DNA of 64,000 nt. Source: Octopus sinensis. Taxonomy: Eukaryota. Position numbers and translations under genes: made by a program. Shown piece after piece: positions 13,273-26,165 of the stretch (its first letter is position 1; each line of letters starts with the position of its first letter). The notes beneath the pieces are model-generated. The model did not search any database. It was not told the origin of the DNA and saw only the letters and a list, made by a program, of their open reading frames with translations. The stretch is from the NCBI RefSeq assembly GCF_006345805.1, contig NC_043005.1:89280001-89344000 (forward strand), read 5' to 3'.

Positions 13273-14153
13273 ACCAATTGATGCAGCACCCATTGTTAGG
13301 GCCCTGTCTTCACCGTCTAGGGCTTTTGTCTTCTGTCCAGTCACAACCTTCTAAATTGCCAAGAAGAAGTAGTCTTACATCACCACAAAGCATATTGATT
13401 CCAGACAACCAGAAGGCCCTTGCTGCTCAGGGTTACTATGAATACCCTTCAGTCATGGGTGGCTTAACAGAGAACTCAAAACAATCAATCCTTCCAGCCT
13501 CTGAACGACGCAAGAATTTCAGGAGTACACGTACCCAACAGACCTGGTCTTTGATAGAACCAGAACAAGAGGCAGAATCTGAATTGGTGAAATTAAAACA
13601 AAATAAGCATAATTTTGGAGCTAGTGTTGATTCTGCTCTAAGCAGTGATCTAGAGAACTCTTTAGAGAGAAGAAATTGGCAAACCTATTCCAGATGGGGT
13701 TTCCGGAACCAGCCAAGTAAAGACAGTGAATCCAATACTTCCAGCCTTCGAGACCTTCGCTTAGGACATGTAAATAAATTAATGAGCTTTGAAGAAACTG
13801 ATGATGACTGTGAGGTGTTTTCTCCTTCAGAGGATCACAGAAGAATTTTCAATAACAAAAGTAATGGTTTCCAAGAACCAGAACCTAAAATATGTGATAA
13901 TTTTCAAAAGACTTCTTTAGAATTGGATCTTAATTCTGACAAACAAACTGAAAGTAGATTTGATTTCAGGCACGCTGCCATCATTGATTCTTTAAACAAT
14001 ATCAATGACTTAATGAAATATTCAAAGTCTACAGAACCTTCTGAACTTGAAGTGTCTCCATCTTCTGCTGCTTCCATGGACATATTACACAATGGTGGAT
14101 TAACAACACTGTCTGCAGAAGAGGCTGATTTCAGTGATTATCCTGCAAACACG
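13273..14153 (+). CDS. ITPRID2: ITPRID-like large Ser-rich exon
   Basis: Long pyrimidine tract then ctag/ (phase 1); open frame within ORF 13113..14189 (QLMQHPLL...DYPANT); donor acg/gtgagt (phase 0). Confidence 0.85.
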
Positions 14154-14568
14154 GTGAGTCATTCCATTCCTGTTCTTTGTAGTTTGTGATGACTTTTATT
14201 ATTTTTGTGTACTTAATACCATGATGTGTAATATAACAGACTGGGTGAGCTCACTCAGCAACTCAGCAATAGTTTCCCATTTAGAGTTGCTTCAAGTTAT
14301 AAACCAATTAATCCTGAGATAATGGTAAACTTATATCTCAATTTAAAACTTTCCTTGTGGCTCAGGTAAATTTTGCAAAGGTAGGGTGCACAATCTATTG
14401 AAGCTGCTCTAGAATATTCATGATATTTATTATATTAATGTAACAAAGATATTAAAAAACTTCATCTTAATAGGGTTCAGTTCAGAAACACAAGGCATAA
14501 AAACTACTAAAAAAAACATATATCTTTGCTCTCTCTGTAATATATATATATATGTGTGAGTGTGTGTG

Positions 14569-14840
14569 GAGGCGTGGCTGTGTAGTAAGTAGCTTGTTTA
14601 CCAACTACATGGTTCCAGGTTCAGTCCCACTGTGTAGCACCTTGGGCAAGTGTCTTCTACTATAGCCTCAGGCCGACCAAAGCCTTATGAGTGGATTTGG
14701 CAGACGGAAACTGAAAGAAGCCCATCGTATATATATGTGTGTGTATGTTTGTTTGTGTCTGTGTTTGTTCCCCCACCATCACTTGACAACCGATGTTGGT
14801 GTATTTACGTCCCTGTAACATAGTGGTTTGGCAAAAGGGG
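14569..14840 (+). mobile_element. tRNA-derived SINE, family A; 3' end cut off by the opposed family B copy
   Basis: ggcgtggctgtgtagtaag...ggttcagtccc...ccttgggcaagtgtctt...ggaaactgaaagaagccc. Confidence 0.85.
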
Positions 14841-15160
14841 GCACTCTGTCGGTTATGACAATGAGGGTCCCAGCTGATATGATCAACGGAACAGCTTGCT
14901 TGTGAAATTAATGTGCAAGTTGCCGAGCACTACACAGACACGTGTGCCCTTAATATAGTTCTCACGGAGATTCAGCGTGACACAGAGTGTGGCATGGCTG
15001 GCCCTTTGAAATTCAGGTACTACTCATTTTTACCAGCTGAGTGGACTGGAGCAACGTGAAATAAAGTGTCTTGCTCAAGGACACAATGCATCACCAGGAA
15101 TTGAACTCATGACCTTATGATTGTGAGCGAAATGCCCTAACCACTAAGCCATGTGCCTTC
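14841..15160 (-). mobile_element. SINE family B variant (ccttgagcaagacac core)
   Basis: Related copies at 23268-23545(+), 27177-27473(-) and 36488-36813(-). Confidence 0.78.
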
Positions 15161-15370
15161 ATACACACACACACACACATATATATAAGGTGTGTTATGA
15201 AAATTTAAAGAAAACGTATTCTATAGAAACTTAACAAATAATTAAAGATGGAGATGAGGTGTTACAACTTTTACAAAATTTTAATCCATGCATACGATCG
15301 TTTCAAACAGTAATGTTAACATGTTAATAGCATGGTAGTATTTCCACTTTTTTCTCATTATTTTTATCTA

Positions 15371-15470
<100 letters not shown>

Positions 15471-15747
15471 TGCTTCTAATGGGTTTTTTTTTCAACTTTA
15501 TATTAACACCAATTATAATTAATATATCATGCATTATATTCTGTGTTTTACTTATAAAGTTTATAAACATAAAGTTTATACATATACATATGTAATACAT
15601 TATGCACATTATTATACACAGGTGTATGGATGCATATATGTGTGTATATATCTGCATATGTACGTGTGTATGTATGTATATATATATACACACACATATA
15701 TGCACATATCTTTTTATCTTTTTTCATAGATTTAAATGCATCAGTAT

Positions 15748-15792
<45 letters not shown>

Positions 15793-15800
<8 letters not shown>

Positions 15801-16268
15801 AACTATAGTTGCAGAACAAACAAATACAGGGTCATCCATGTAACATTTCATATTTCGAACATTTAATCATAGTATATACATGTATAACATCACGGAAGAT
15901 GAAACATAACTCATCTGTACAAGCATATAAGAAAGTGCAAGGAAAATTTGTGAATACAGTTATATATTTTTATATACCTATATATTTATATATTACTTTA
16001 TACTTTATAATTTTACTTATTTATTATTCTAGGTGTTGTAATGTTTTTTAAAAAAATATATATTTCTTAATCGCTAAAGTATTAACTTTTAACCGTGATG
16101 AACTGTATTCACACATTTTTCTCGCACTTTCTTATATGCTTGTACAGATGAGTTATGTTTCATCTTCCGTGATGTTATACATGTATATTCTATGATTAAA
16201 TGTTCGAGATATGAAATGTTACGTGGATGACCCTGTATTTGTTTGTTTTGCAACTATAGTTTGATATA
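15793..16268. repeat. Long inverted repeat (arms about 170 bp, spacer about 135 bp)
   Basis: atatcaaactatagttgca...tgaatacagtt pairs with aactgtattca...tgcaactatagtttgatat. Confidence 0.9.
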
Positions 16269-16360
16269 TTTGTCTCATTCAATTGAGCACTTCTATAGCA
16301 GTCCTATTAAACATTTTGTTCCTGATAAGAAACAATCACTGTATTATTAATATATATATA

Positions 16361-18010
16361 TCATCTTCATCATCATCGTTTAACGTCCGCTTTCCATGCT
16401 AGCATGGGTTGGACGATTTTGACTGAGGGCTGGCGAACCAGATGGCTGCACCAGGCTCCAATCTTGATCTGGCAGAGTTTCTACAGCTGGATGCCCTTCC
16501 TAACGCCAACCACTCCGAGTGTGTAGTGGGTGCTTTTTACGTGCTGCCGGCATGGGGCCAGTCACACAGTACTGGCAACGACCTCGCTCGAATCTTTTAC
16601 CTGTGCCACCGGCACAAGTGCTAGTGAAACGACATTGGTAACGATCACGCTTGAATGGTGCCCTTTTATGTGCCATGGATACAGAAGCCAGTTGGCTGCT
16701 CTGGCAACGATCAAGCTTGGATAGTGCTCTTGAATGGTGCACAGGCATAAGTGCGAGTAAGGCGACGCTGGTAACGATCATACTCAAATAGCCGCTCTGT
16801 CAACGATCACATTCGTATGGTGCTCTTTGCACCCTGCTAGCACGAATGCCAGTCATCGAATTGATTTTGATTTTGACTTCACTTGCCTCAACAGGTCTTC
16901 GCAAACAGAGTTTAGTGACCAAAGAAGGAAAGGTACACATAAGCGGGCTGGTTACGCTCCTGGCATAGGCCACAGGTTAAGGTCTCATTTCATAGGCCAC
17001 AGGTTATGGTCTCATTTGGCTTGCCGGTCTTCTCGAGCACAGCATATTTCCAAAAGTCTCAGTCGCTAGTCATTTTCTTGGTGAGGCCTAATGTTTAAAG
17101 GTCTTGCTTCACCACTTCATCCCAGGTCTTCCTGGGTCTACCTCTTCCACAGGTTCCCTCAACCGCTAGGGTGTGACACTTTTTCACACAGCTATCCTCA
17201 TCCATTCTTGCTACATGACCATACCAGCACAGTCGTCTCTCTTGCACACCACATCTAATGCTTCTTAGGTCCAACTTTTCTCTCAAGGTACTTACACTCT
17301 GTCGAGTATGCACACTGACATTACACATCCATCGGAGCATACTGGCTTCATTCCTTGCGAGCTTACGCATGTCCTCAGCAGTCACGGCCCATGATTCAAT
17401 GCCATGTAGCATAACTGTTCGTACACATGCATCATACAGTCTATCTTTTACTCTGAGCGAGAGGCCCTTTGTCACCAGCAGAGGTAAGAGCTCTCTGAAC
17501 TTTGCCCAAGCTATTCTTGTTCTAGCAGCTACACTTTCAGCGCACCCTCCTCCGCTACTGACTTGGTCACCTAGGTAACGGAAGCTATCAACTACTTCTA
17601 GTTTTCCTCCCTGGAATGTGGCGGAAGTTGTTCTCTGCACATTTTCAGTGTTTATTGCCCCCGAGCATCTGCCACATATAAAAACTATCTTCCCAGTTAG
17701 CCTCCCTTTGATATTACTGCACCTCTTATGTGTCCATAGCTTACACTGGGTACATCTTATAGAGTTTCTACCAATGCCTCCACTACAGATCTAGCAGGGC
17801 CATCTACCTGAAGGGATTTGTGGTTTGCCTTCCTTCCTACTTATTGGGACTTTGGTTTTAGCTAGGTTGATTTTAAGGCCCTTCGATTCTAATCCTTGTT
17901 TCCACACTTGAAACTTCTCCTCTAGTTCTGATAGTGACTCAGCAATTAGAGCAAGGTCGTCAGCATAGAGGAGCTCCCAGGGGCATCCTGTCTTGAATTC
18001 CTCTGTTATA
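16361..18010 (-). mobile_element. RTE LINE 3' fragment, same family as 59125-62285 but a different 3' UTR
   Basis: ORFs 17791..18123 and 17095..17640 are nearly identical to the RT C-terminus (ITEEFKTGCPWELLYADD...RGRPRKTW); in-frame stop at 17791; (CAT)n at 16361. Confidence 0.93.
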
Positions 18011-18279
18011 CCTCCGTTATAGCTCAATATATATATATATATATTGATATAATTTCTCTGATATAGGAAATTTTGTATATATGAATTACTTCTCGCATCT
18101 TTAATATACTTATTGTTTCGCACCTATCACTCCTTAGTAATAAAAATACTTTTTCTTACATTCACTTTCACCACCACTAAGTCAGAAAATTATTTATAAA
18201 AATATCACTATGGATGTTTACCTCTTTTATGCATAGCTAGATTCTCAATTTATATTGTAATTTTTAGCTGCAATTTCCA

Positions 18280-18823
18280 TTGATTGAGAATCAGAATCGA
18301 AATCGATCAATGGAAATTGCAGCTGAGTTACCAGTGCCAGTGGCACGTAAGAGAACCATCCAAATGTGGCCGTTGCCAGCGCCACCCAGATTGGCCTCGT
18401 GCCGATGGCACGTAAAAGGCACCATCCATTCGTTGCCGTTTGCCAGACTCGTCTGGCACCACCATCTGTTTGTGGCCGTTGCCAGCGCCACCCCGACTGG
18501 CCTCGTGCCAGTGGCACGTAAAAAGCACCATCCGTTCTTGGCCGTTGCCAGCCTCGCCTGGCCCCGTGCCGGTAGCACGTAAAAAGCACCATCCGTCCGT
18601 GGCTGTTTGCCAGCTCCGTCTGGCACCTGTGTGGGTGGCACGTAAAAAGCACCCACTACACTCATGGAGTGGTTGGCATTAGGAAGGGCATCCAGCCGTA
18701 GAAACACTGCAAGATCAAACTGAGCCTGATGCAGCCTTCTGGCTTCACAGACCCCAGTTGAACCGTCCAACCCATGCTAGCATGGAAAGCGGACGCTAAA
18801 TGATGATGATGATGATGATGATG
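18280..18823 (+). mobile_element. RTE 3' UTR copy with about 60-bp internal tandem units
   Basis: Matches 61850-62285; repeated gtggcacgtaaaaagcaccatc; (GAT)n tail. Confidence 0.88.
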
Positions 18824-19349
18824 ACATAGCTAACATTAGAATATAGAAACGTAAAATTTTTCAAAAAATTTTTCTTAAGAATTTATCTTAGCCTTATTTC
18901 CCCCACATTATTACCTTATTCAACCTCTCAGAAACCCTTTTTTATCACCAAATGTTCTTTTTCAATAATCTTAAACACAGCAAGTATTTTCTTTCTCAAT
19001 TCTGTAATATTAACAACTATTCTCCTTTTTTAGTCCTTCCGCTTAGACTTATTTCACACAAATGAATATAATGCTTTATAACTAATAATAAATATTTTTT
19101 CCCATTATATTAACCTAATAATTACTCCCTCACAACCCTTAATCTTTTTTCCATTTGAAATTCAAGTAACTAATTTTAAAAAATTATATTAACTATTTGT
19201 ATTTCTTATTCAAGGAATTTTTTAAAACAATTTCTTTTAATATACAGCATACTTTATTTTCATTATATACCATTCATAACTCTCAAAATCAAATATAAAT
19301 TTAAATATATCTATGCTGTCCCATTTGAAGCTATTGATATATATACACA

Positions 19350-19397
<48 letters not shown>

Positions 19398-19420
19398 TGT
19401 ATATATATTTATATATATAT

Positions 19421-19690
19421 ATCATCATCATCATTTCACGTCCACTTTCCATGCTAACATGGGTTGGACAGTTCAACTGCACCAGACCCAGTCTGATCTG
19501 GCAATGCTTCTACGACTGGATGCGTTTCCTAACGCCAACCACTCCGTGAGTGTAGTGGGTGCTTACTACATGCCACCGGCACAGGTGCCAGACGAGGCTG
19601 GCAAACAGCCACGATCGGATGGTGCTTTTTATGTGCCACCAGCACGGGGGCCAGGCAAGGCTGGCAACGGCCAAGATCAGATGGTGTTTT
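19421..19690 (-). mobile_element. RTE 3' end copy
   Basis: (CAT)n then catgctaacatgggttggac...gtagtgggtgct; flanked by (TA)n on both sides. Confidence 0.85.
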
Positions 19691-20303
19691 GTGTATGTAT
19701 ATATATATATATCACTTAATTACTTATCTTCATATAGAGAGAATGTTTCTTAAGCATTCTCCACTTATATTTCCAAACAACTGTTAGCCACATCAGTTAT
19801 AGTTCATACATAACTAGACTCAAGCATGTTTTTATCTTTCATAAGCATATTATGCATATCTGAATGTCTTATCTGACACTCACTCCATCTTGGCTTCTGT
19901 AACAATATAATATTCTTCTGATGTATTCTTTTTTATGTATCCTTTTTTCACACTGAGGAGAATAGTAATAAGTAAATAATTTAATTATAATTAAATTAAT
20001 TTCTAATTTTTTACCATGTTATTTACATGTTTAACATTACTGTTTGAAACGATCGTATGCATGGATTAAAATTTTGTAAAACTTTTAACACCTCTTCTCC
20101 ATCTTTAATTGTTTGTTGAGTTTCTATAGAATACCTGTTCTATAAATTCTCATAACACACCTTATACTTGTAGCATTTTCATATTCAAAAAATTCTTACT
20201 ACAGTAAGCTACCAATGAAATATGAAGAATCTTTATTAGAAATCTACCTTTGGCACCTCCAAAGTAAAAGGTGAAATAGAACTCAACATTTTCTCTTATA
20301 TAT

Positions 20304-20770
20304 ATCATCATCATCATCGTTTAACGTCTGTTTCCCATGCTAGCATGGGTTGGACGGTTTGACCAGGGTCTGGAAAGCCAGGAGGCTGCACCAGGCTCCA
20401 GTCTGATCTGGCAGTGTTTCTGCAGCTGGATACCCTTCCTAACGCCAACCACTCCATGAGTGTAGTGGGTGCTTTTTACGTGCCACCAGCACAGGGCCAG
20501 AGGAGGCTAGCAACGTCCATGATGGTTTGATGCTTTTTACGTGCTGATGATTTGACTCAGTAGGTCTCCTCAAGCACAGTAGGTCGCCCTGCAATCCAAG
20601 GTAAGCACAGCGGGCCATCTTGCAAGCCATGAACTCACTTCATTTGTCGGGTCTTCACAGTCACGGCATATCTCCAGAGGTCTCGGTCTTTCGTCATTGC
20701 CTTTGTGAGGCCCAACATTCGAAGGTCATGCTTGACCACCTCATCCCATGTCTTCCTGGGTCTACCTCTG
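20304..20770 (-). mobile_element. RTE 3' end copy with ORF tail and short 3' UTR variant
   Basis: Reverse strand reads GRPRKTWDEVVKHDLRMLGLTKAMTKDRDLWRYAV, followed by the shared terminal sequence. Confidence 0.85.
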
Positions 20771-20862
20771 CCTGCTACTATATATATATATCACCATCAT
20801 CATCATCATATATGCATATAACAAATTGAACTCTCTTTCTCACTCTTCTCTATCTATACAAT

Positions 20863-20915
<53 letters not shown>

Positions 20916-21329
20916 ATTTCCTTTGTACACTTGATTTATGCGTTCTTTTAGAATGTGTAAACATATTTAGTTTTAGTGGAGATTTTTGCCCCACTAAAAA
21001 AAGAAAGAAAGAAGAAGAGGAAGAAAAAAGAAAGAAATCCTTTGATAATTAGTTACAAATTTATTTGTTACTGCTGCCTAAAACTTTTGCTATTTTATTT
21101 TATTATGCCCTTTTTTGTTTTTCCTTATTCTTCCTCCTCCTCTTCCTCCTCATCATCATCATCATCCATTAATTTACTCCATGTTTGTATGGATTGTATG
21201 TGTCTTCTCCTTTGCAGTACCATGCCACATGTTGCTGTCCTTTGTCACCTGTGATGATGTAAGATCAGCCGTTATCACTTTACCCTATTTCTTCCCTGGT
21301 TTTCTCCATTCTACAATTTTCTGCCACTC

Positions 21330-22760
21330 AGATTGCTTAGCCCTTCTTTACTCAACTCTTTCCCTCCATATGTATCAGGTGTCTGTACCTGCAGAGTCTC
21401 TTCTCATCTGATTCCGCTTATATCTAGTTTTTCTCCCAATTCATTTGTGCTCCAGCATTCCATCCCACTTTGCACTATACATCCAGTGGAACATGCTGAC
21501 CTCATTTCTTACCAGCCTCTTGACACACTTTTTAAAGAAATTCTTTGACATGTTAATCTACTGAGAATTGGGTCAGCAAAGACACAAGTTACCATGAACT
21601 TAATTTTGGTGTTCATGGCCTGAAGAACTTAGAATAAACAAGACAGACTGAGAACTGGGTCACCAGCATTCTGAAGTTCCCATGTATGGCTGATCTTAAA
21701 TTCTCATGCTTATTTCTTATCACTTGGACCATCTCACATTTCTGATTCTATTGTTGCAGAGTATAGGTAACCCTCTTAAGTAATGTGTCATTTCTCTTCC
21801 ATCAACCTGATATTGTTCTTTGCTTCCCCTCTGTTTACCAGTATTTCCAGGCCTGCATTTTCTTTTAGCTTTTATGACTGAGCTACATACAACCTTCTGA
21901 AACCAAACCTTCATGCTCTATCAACAGATCTGGTCTGTGATTTACAGATGATTGTTTCAATGAAATATTCTCAGTTTTCAATTAATCCCTATCACTTCTT
22001 TCTTCTCATCACATCTATCTCCTGGTATTTCTATAAACCCACGTATGACTAAGGGGCCTATCACCTTCGTACTTTCCTTCTCTACATCATCTGTCTCTAT
22101 CTAACCCCTGATGTTACTAATTGACTTGTTCTAATCCTGTATTCCTCACTGGATAAAAACTGTATTTACAGCCAATTGACTTTCTTCCTTGCTGAAAAGT
22201 ATGAAACCTGTCTGGATTGCATGTTTACCTGATATCCAGGTGATCAGGTGATTGACCAGTTTCTTGAAATTAGTGTTGCAAATGATTAGGTCATTTCCAT
22301 TACAGAATCCTGTCTTCATTCCTTGTATCATATCCATTCAGTTAGGCATTCTGATGTTGCCCAACATCTCCATTAACATCATTGGTTGTGATAATGAATC
22401 TCGTAAAAACCTCAGAAGAAAGTCAGGGAAATGATTCTTTTGCATGTCTTTTAGACTTGTTTGCAGTGCATATGCAAATGTGACCAATGCTATCGTGTTG
22501 CCTATGGCTAGTCTTGACTTAATCTGTCACACATTCTGACTACCTCAATTATTCTATCAATTTCTTGTCAACAGTATACCTACTTCACCCACACAGAAGA
22601 ATTTGTACTTGTATTTCTTGCCTGTGAGATGTCTGATTGAGGCTCTCCTCCATCTTGCCACTTGCACACCACACACATCTACTCATTTCCACTCTAGTAA
22701 CTCTACACTCTTTCTAAACCATCATGACTGTATTGATGGTGATGTCTATTAAATTTAGCA
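21330..22760 (-). mobile_element. Old degenerate RTE endonuclease region
   Basis: ORF 22146..22337 FCNGNDLIICNTNFKKLVNHLIT is homologous to FCNANDLMVCNTNFRKPTSHLVT at 59.2 kb; many stops and frameshifts. Confidence 0.7.
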
Positions 22761-24754
22761 CCTTGTAGGAAAAGAAGAGTTGTACAATGTTCATCTTCTG
22801 GGTGCAGTCATTTGATGACAATTGAGAAATTTTCATACCTGGCCCTCCCACTAATATGGTGTTAGTTTTGTACATGCAATGACAGCTTCTTTTTTATTTT
22901 ACGATTTTGTGATTGCCATAGTTTTTGGTATGTTTTTTGTTTTGTTTTAGTCTTTTTTACAGCTGGATGCTCGGTTACCAAATTCTCTACAAAATAAACT
23001 AGACATACCATATTGTGCCACAAGCACTAACTAAAGATGAAAGTATTCTAAACAGTTTATTTTTAGAGTTACACTGCAGCTTGGGGAGCCTATGTCTCCT
23101 CTGTGTGTTAAGGCAGAACCCTTATTGTTAACTGTTGGGTTTGCTTGGATTTCCCAAAGTGCTTTTTGGATTATCTTTGTTCCTGCAAAACCACGTCTCT
23201 CCATTGTGTTGGGGGAGGAAGAGGTTTGCGCAAGATGCCAGACACCTTTTAGTCTGCAGCTGTAGCGAAGGCATGTGGCCAAGTGGTTAGGGTATTTAGC
23301 TCACAGTCATAAAGTTGTAAGTTCAATACCTAGTAGCAGTGCATTGTGTCCTTGAGCAAGACACTTTATTTCACATTGCTCCAGTCCACTCAGCTGGCAA
23401 AGATGAGTTATACCTGTAATTCAAGGGGGCCAGCCTTGTCCCATTCTCTGTCATGCTGAACCTTCCTGCACGTATTTGTTTCCTGTGAGCCTTTCCATTG
23501 ATTGGATCAACTGGAACCTTCGTCATTGTAACTGATGGAGAGCCAGGTTTTTTTCAGTCTGCAGCAGGTGGGCTTAAGATTATCCCCTATATGGAAGGTC
23601 GAAAAGGATGAAAGGCAAAGTTGACCTCAGAGAAATTTAAAACGTAGTGGCAGATGAAATACCGCTAAGCATTTCACCCGGCATGCTAACGATTCTGTCA
23701 GCTCACCATCTTCAATAATAATAATGATAATAATCATAATCATAATAATTTAGTTCATGTTTAATCTCATGTTATCCTTAATCTAGCAGACATATGATCA
23801 AAGGCATTCCAGGCAAGAATAGCTTGTCTTTTATTGAGCCATAGTGTATCTAGGACTACATTATCAAATATGCTTTCTCTTATTTAAGATGACTGGTAGG
23901 GAGGTGAGAGAGATTTGATTGCTATTTCTAGCAGATTAAGTGACCTTGTAGAGGCTCTCTCATTATTAATCTGGTTTTGTCTATGTTGTAGGTACAAATG
24001 TGAAACAACTTCAGAGTTGTTTTGAGTTGATTAAAATAATAATTTACAAGTGTTTTTTGTTTTATTTGATTAATTATATTTTATTAATGATAAGCTTTGA
24101 TTCAGATTTAACAACAATTGATGTATCAAAGAAATTCCATTATTTACATTCGACGGACATTTGTCCTCATCTTGTTTGTTGTTAACACAACGTTTCGGCT
24201 TCATCAGATATCTTGGAGAAATTGGGGAAATACCTAAGGTATTTTTTGATGTTTTTATTATCATTCAGATCACTGCCTGGAATTGAACTCGGAATCTTGG
24301 GGTTACTAGCCCGTGCTCTTAACCACTACACCATGGGGTAGATTTTAGGGCTTATAAATCTAATATTTTCCTATCCTTCCTTAATACTGGTTCCCATATG
24401 CTATTCATATCTGCACTCGGTCTGCTTAGGAGGTTGTTGTGTCCTAGCATATGTTCTGCTTCTTTTTGTTTTCATATTTTTCAGTGGTGTTCTCTGTTTA
24501 TCATCCTACAGGGGGCAGTGGTCTGCATTTTTCCATACATGATCAGCTATACCCCTGTGGGATAAAGTTAAAATAATAGATAGAGAACACCACTGGAAAA
24601 TACGAAAACTAAAAGAAGCAGCGCATATACTAGGACACAACAACCTCCTAAGCAGACCGAGTGCAGATATGAATAGCATATGGGTGCTGATATTAAGAAA
24701 GGATAGGAAAATATTAGATTTATAAACCCTAAAATTCACTCCATAATTGCCCAT

Positions 24755-24827
24755 AGGCATATGGCGTAGTGGTTAAGGGCGCTGGCTACTAACCTCAGGA
24801 TTCCAAGTTTGATTCCAGGCAGTGACC
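24755..24827 (+). promoter_or_regulatory. tRNA-derived Pol III A-box/B-box cassette inside the Penelope 3' region
   Basis: TGGCGTAGTGGTTAAG (A box), anticodon-like arm ggctactaacc, gtttgattcc (B box; GTTCAATTCC in the opposite arm). The acceptor stem does not pair, so this is not a tRNA gene. Confidence 0.6.
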
Positions 24828-24895
24828 AGAATAATAATAATAATAAAACAACAACATACCTTAGGAAAGAGAACTCAGGTTCGAAATTTCCCCAA

Positions 24896-24941
24896 GACAC
24901 CTGATAAAGGCTGGAGGGTATATCAGCAGAAACGTTGTGTT
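24896..24941 (+). ncRNA. Degenerate hammerhead ribozyme motif
   Basis: gacac-CTGATAA-aggctggagggtatatcagca-GAAACGTT-gtgtt; core G8 changed to A. The opposite-arm copy at about 24184-24213(-) has most of stem II deleted. Confidence 0.55.
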
Positions 24942-25032
24942 AACAACAAACAAGATGAGTACAAATATCCATCAAATGTAAATAATGTAAATAATTCTAC
25001 TTTCCATATTTTTCCTTTTTAACAACTTCTAG

Positions 25033-25072
25033 AAAGAAGTACGCAGACTGAAGATTGGCGCTCAAAAGGACC
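25033..25072 (+). CDS. ITPRID2: ITPRID-like 40-nt micro-exon (KEVRRLKIGAQKD-P)
   Basis: Pyrimidine tract then ttctag/ acceptor and /gtgagt donor; phase 0 to 1, exactly what is needed to join 14153 to 29760. Confidence 0.75.
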
Positions 25073-25267
25073 GTGAGTATTTAATTTACTGATAGAAGTT
25101 TATATGTATGTATATATGTGTGTGTGGAGGGATGTATATATAAAGTGTGTATGTTAAGCCTTTTCACACTAACCTGCCTGACATCACCCTTGGTTCTTCA
25201 ATGTCAACTTCCTGTTTTAAAGGGAACTAAATTTAAACTTTCCATCATATTTTCCTTTTTAATTTAC

Positions 25268-25650
25268 ATGCAGGCATGACTGTGTGATAAGAAGCTTGCT
25301 TCCCAGCCACAGGGATCTGGGTTCAATCCCACTGCATGGCACCTTTGTCAAGTGTCTGCTACAACAGCTTCAGACCAACCAAAACATTGTGAATGAATCT
25401 AGTAGATAGAAACTGAAAGAAACCCATCGTATTTATATATTTGTGTGTGTGGTTGTCCCCCACCACAGCTTGACAACTGGTGTTAGTGTGTTTACATCCT
25501 CATAACTTAGCAGTTCAGCAGAAGGGGCTGATAGAATAAGAACACCAGGCTTAAAATAAAAATAAGTAATGGGGTCTAACCATTTGACTAAATATTGTTC
25601 AAGGCAGTGCTCCAGCATGGCCACAGTCTAATGACTGAAATAAAAGATGG
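25268..25650 (+). mobile_element. SINE family A
   Basis: Full-length diverged copy ending ctccagcatggccacagtc..atgactgaaa. Confidence 0.8.
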
Positions 25651-25799
25651 ACGATAGAAGCTCCAAACACCAGTTTAAGAAAGAGAAAATTATTTTTTAC
25701 TGAATTCTTCATTATTTCCAAAATTAATTGAAAAACACTGTATTTGAAGAGAAACGGGTTCACAAACGAGTTGATTAGAAAAAAGAGTCAATTAGTGGT

Positions 25800-26165
25800 C
25801 ATCATCATCATCGTTTAACGTCTGCTTTCCATGCTAGCATAGGTTGGACGATTTGACTGAGGACTGGCAAACCAAATGGCTGCACCAGGCTTCATTCTTG
25901 ATCTGGCAGAGTTTCTACTGCTGGATGCCCTTCCTAACGCCAACCGCTCACAGAGTGTAGTGGGTGCTTTTATGCGCCACCGGCACAGGGGCCAGTCAGG
26001 CGGTACTGGCAACAACCTCGCTCAAATGTTTTTACACATGCCACCAGGACAAGTGCCAGTAAGGTGACTCTGGTAATGATCACACTCGAATGGTGCCTTT
26101 TACGTGCCACCAGCACGGAAGCCAGTTAGCTGCTCTGGCAACGATCATGCTCAGATGGTGCTCAT
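25800..26165 (-). mobile_element. RTE 3' end copy (variant like 16361)
   Basis: (CAT)n cgtttaacgtctgctttccatgctagc...; shares the ctctggcaacgatca units with 16361-16830. Confidence 0.85.

Larger units (their letters stand above)
24139..24995. mobile_element. Penelope-like element, inverted (palindromic) 3'-end insertion
   Basis: The two arms are reverse complements. Right arm encodes a GIY-YIG C-terminus (PLWDKVKIIDREHHWKIRKLKEAAHI...SRPSADMNSIW); left arm reads GIADHVWKNADHCPL on the minus strand. Each arm continues into a tRNA-like cassette and a hammerhead motif. Confidence 0.8.

Noticed and set aside
18330-18660. Regularly spaced repeats resembling a CRISPR array (also 61900-62125)
   Set aside because: The spacers are similar to each other, the array lies in a LINE 3' UTR, the context is eukaryotic and there are no cas genes.
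24755-24827. Possible tRNA gene (also the SINE heads at 212, 14569 and 23268)
   Set aside because: Acceptor and T stems do not pair; these are tRNA-derived parts of repeats.
25033-25072. Alternative frame of the micro-exon reads RSTQTEDW, an LC8-binding-like motif
   Set aside because: That frame (phase 1 to 2) does not fit the flanking exons.
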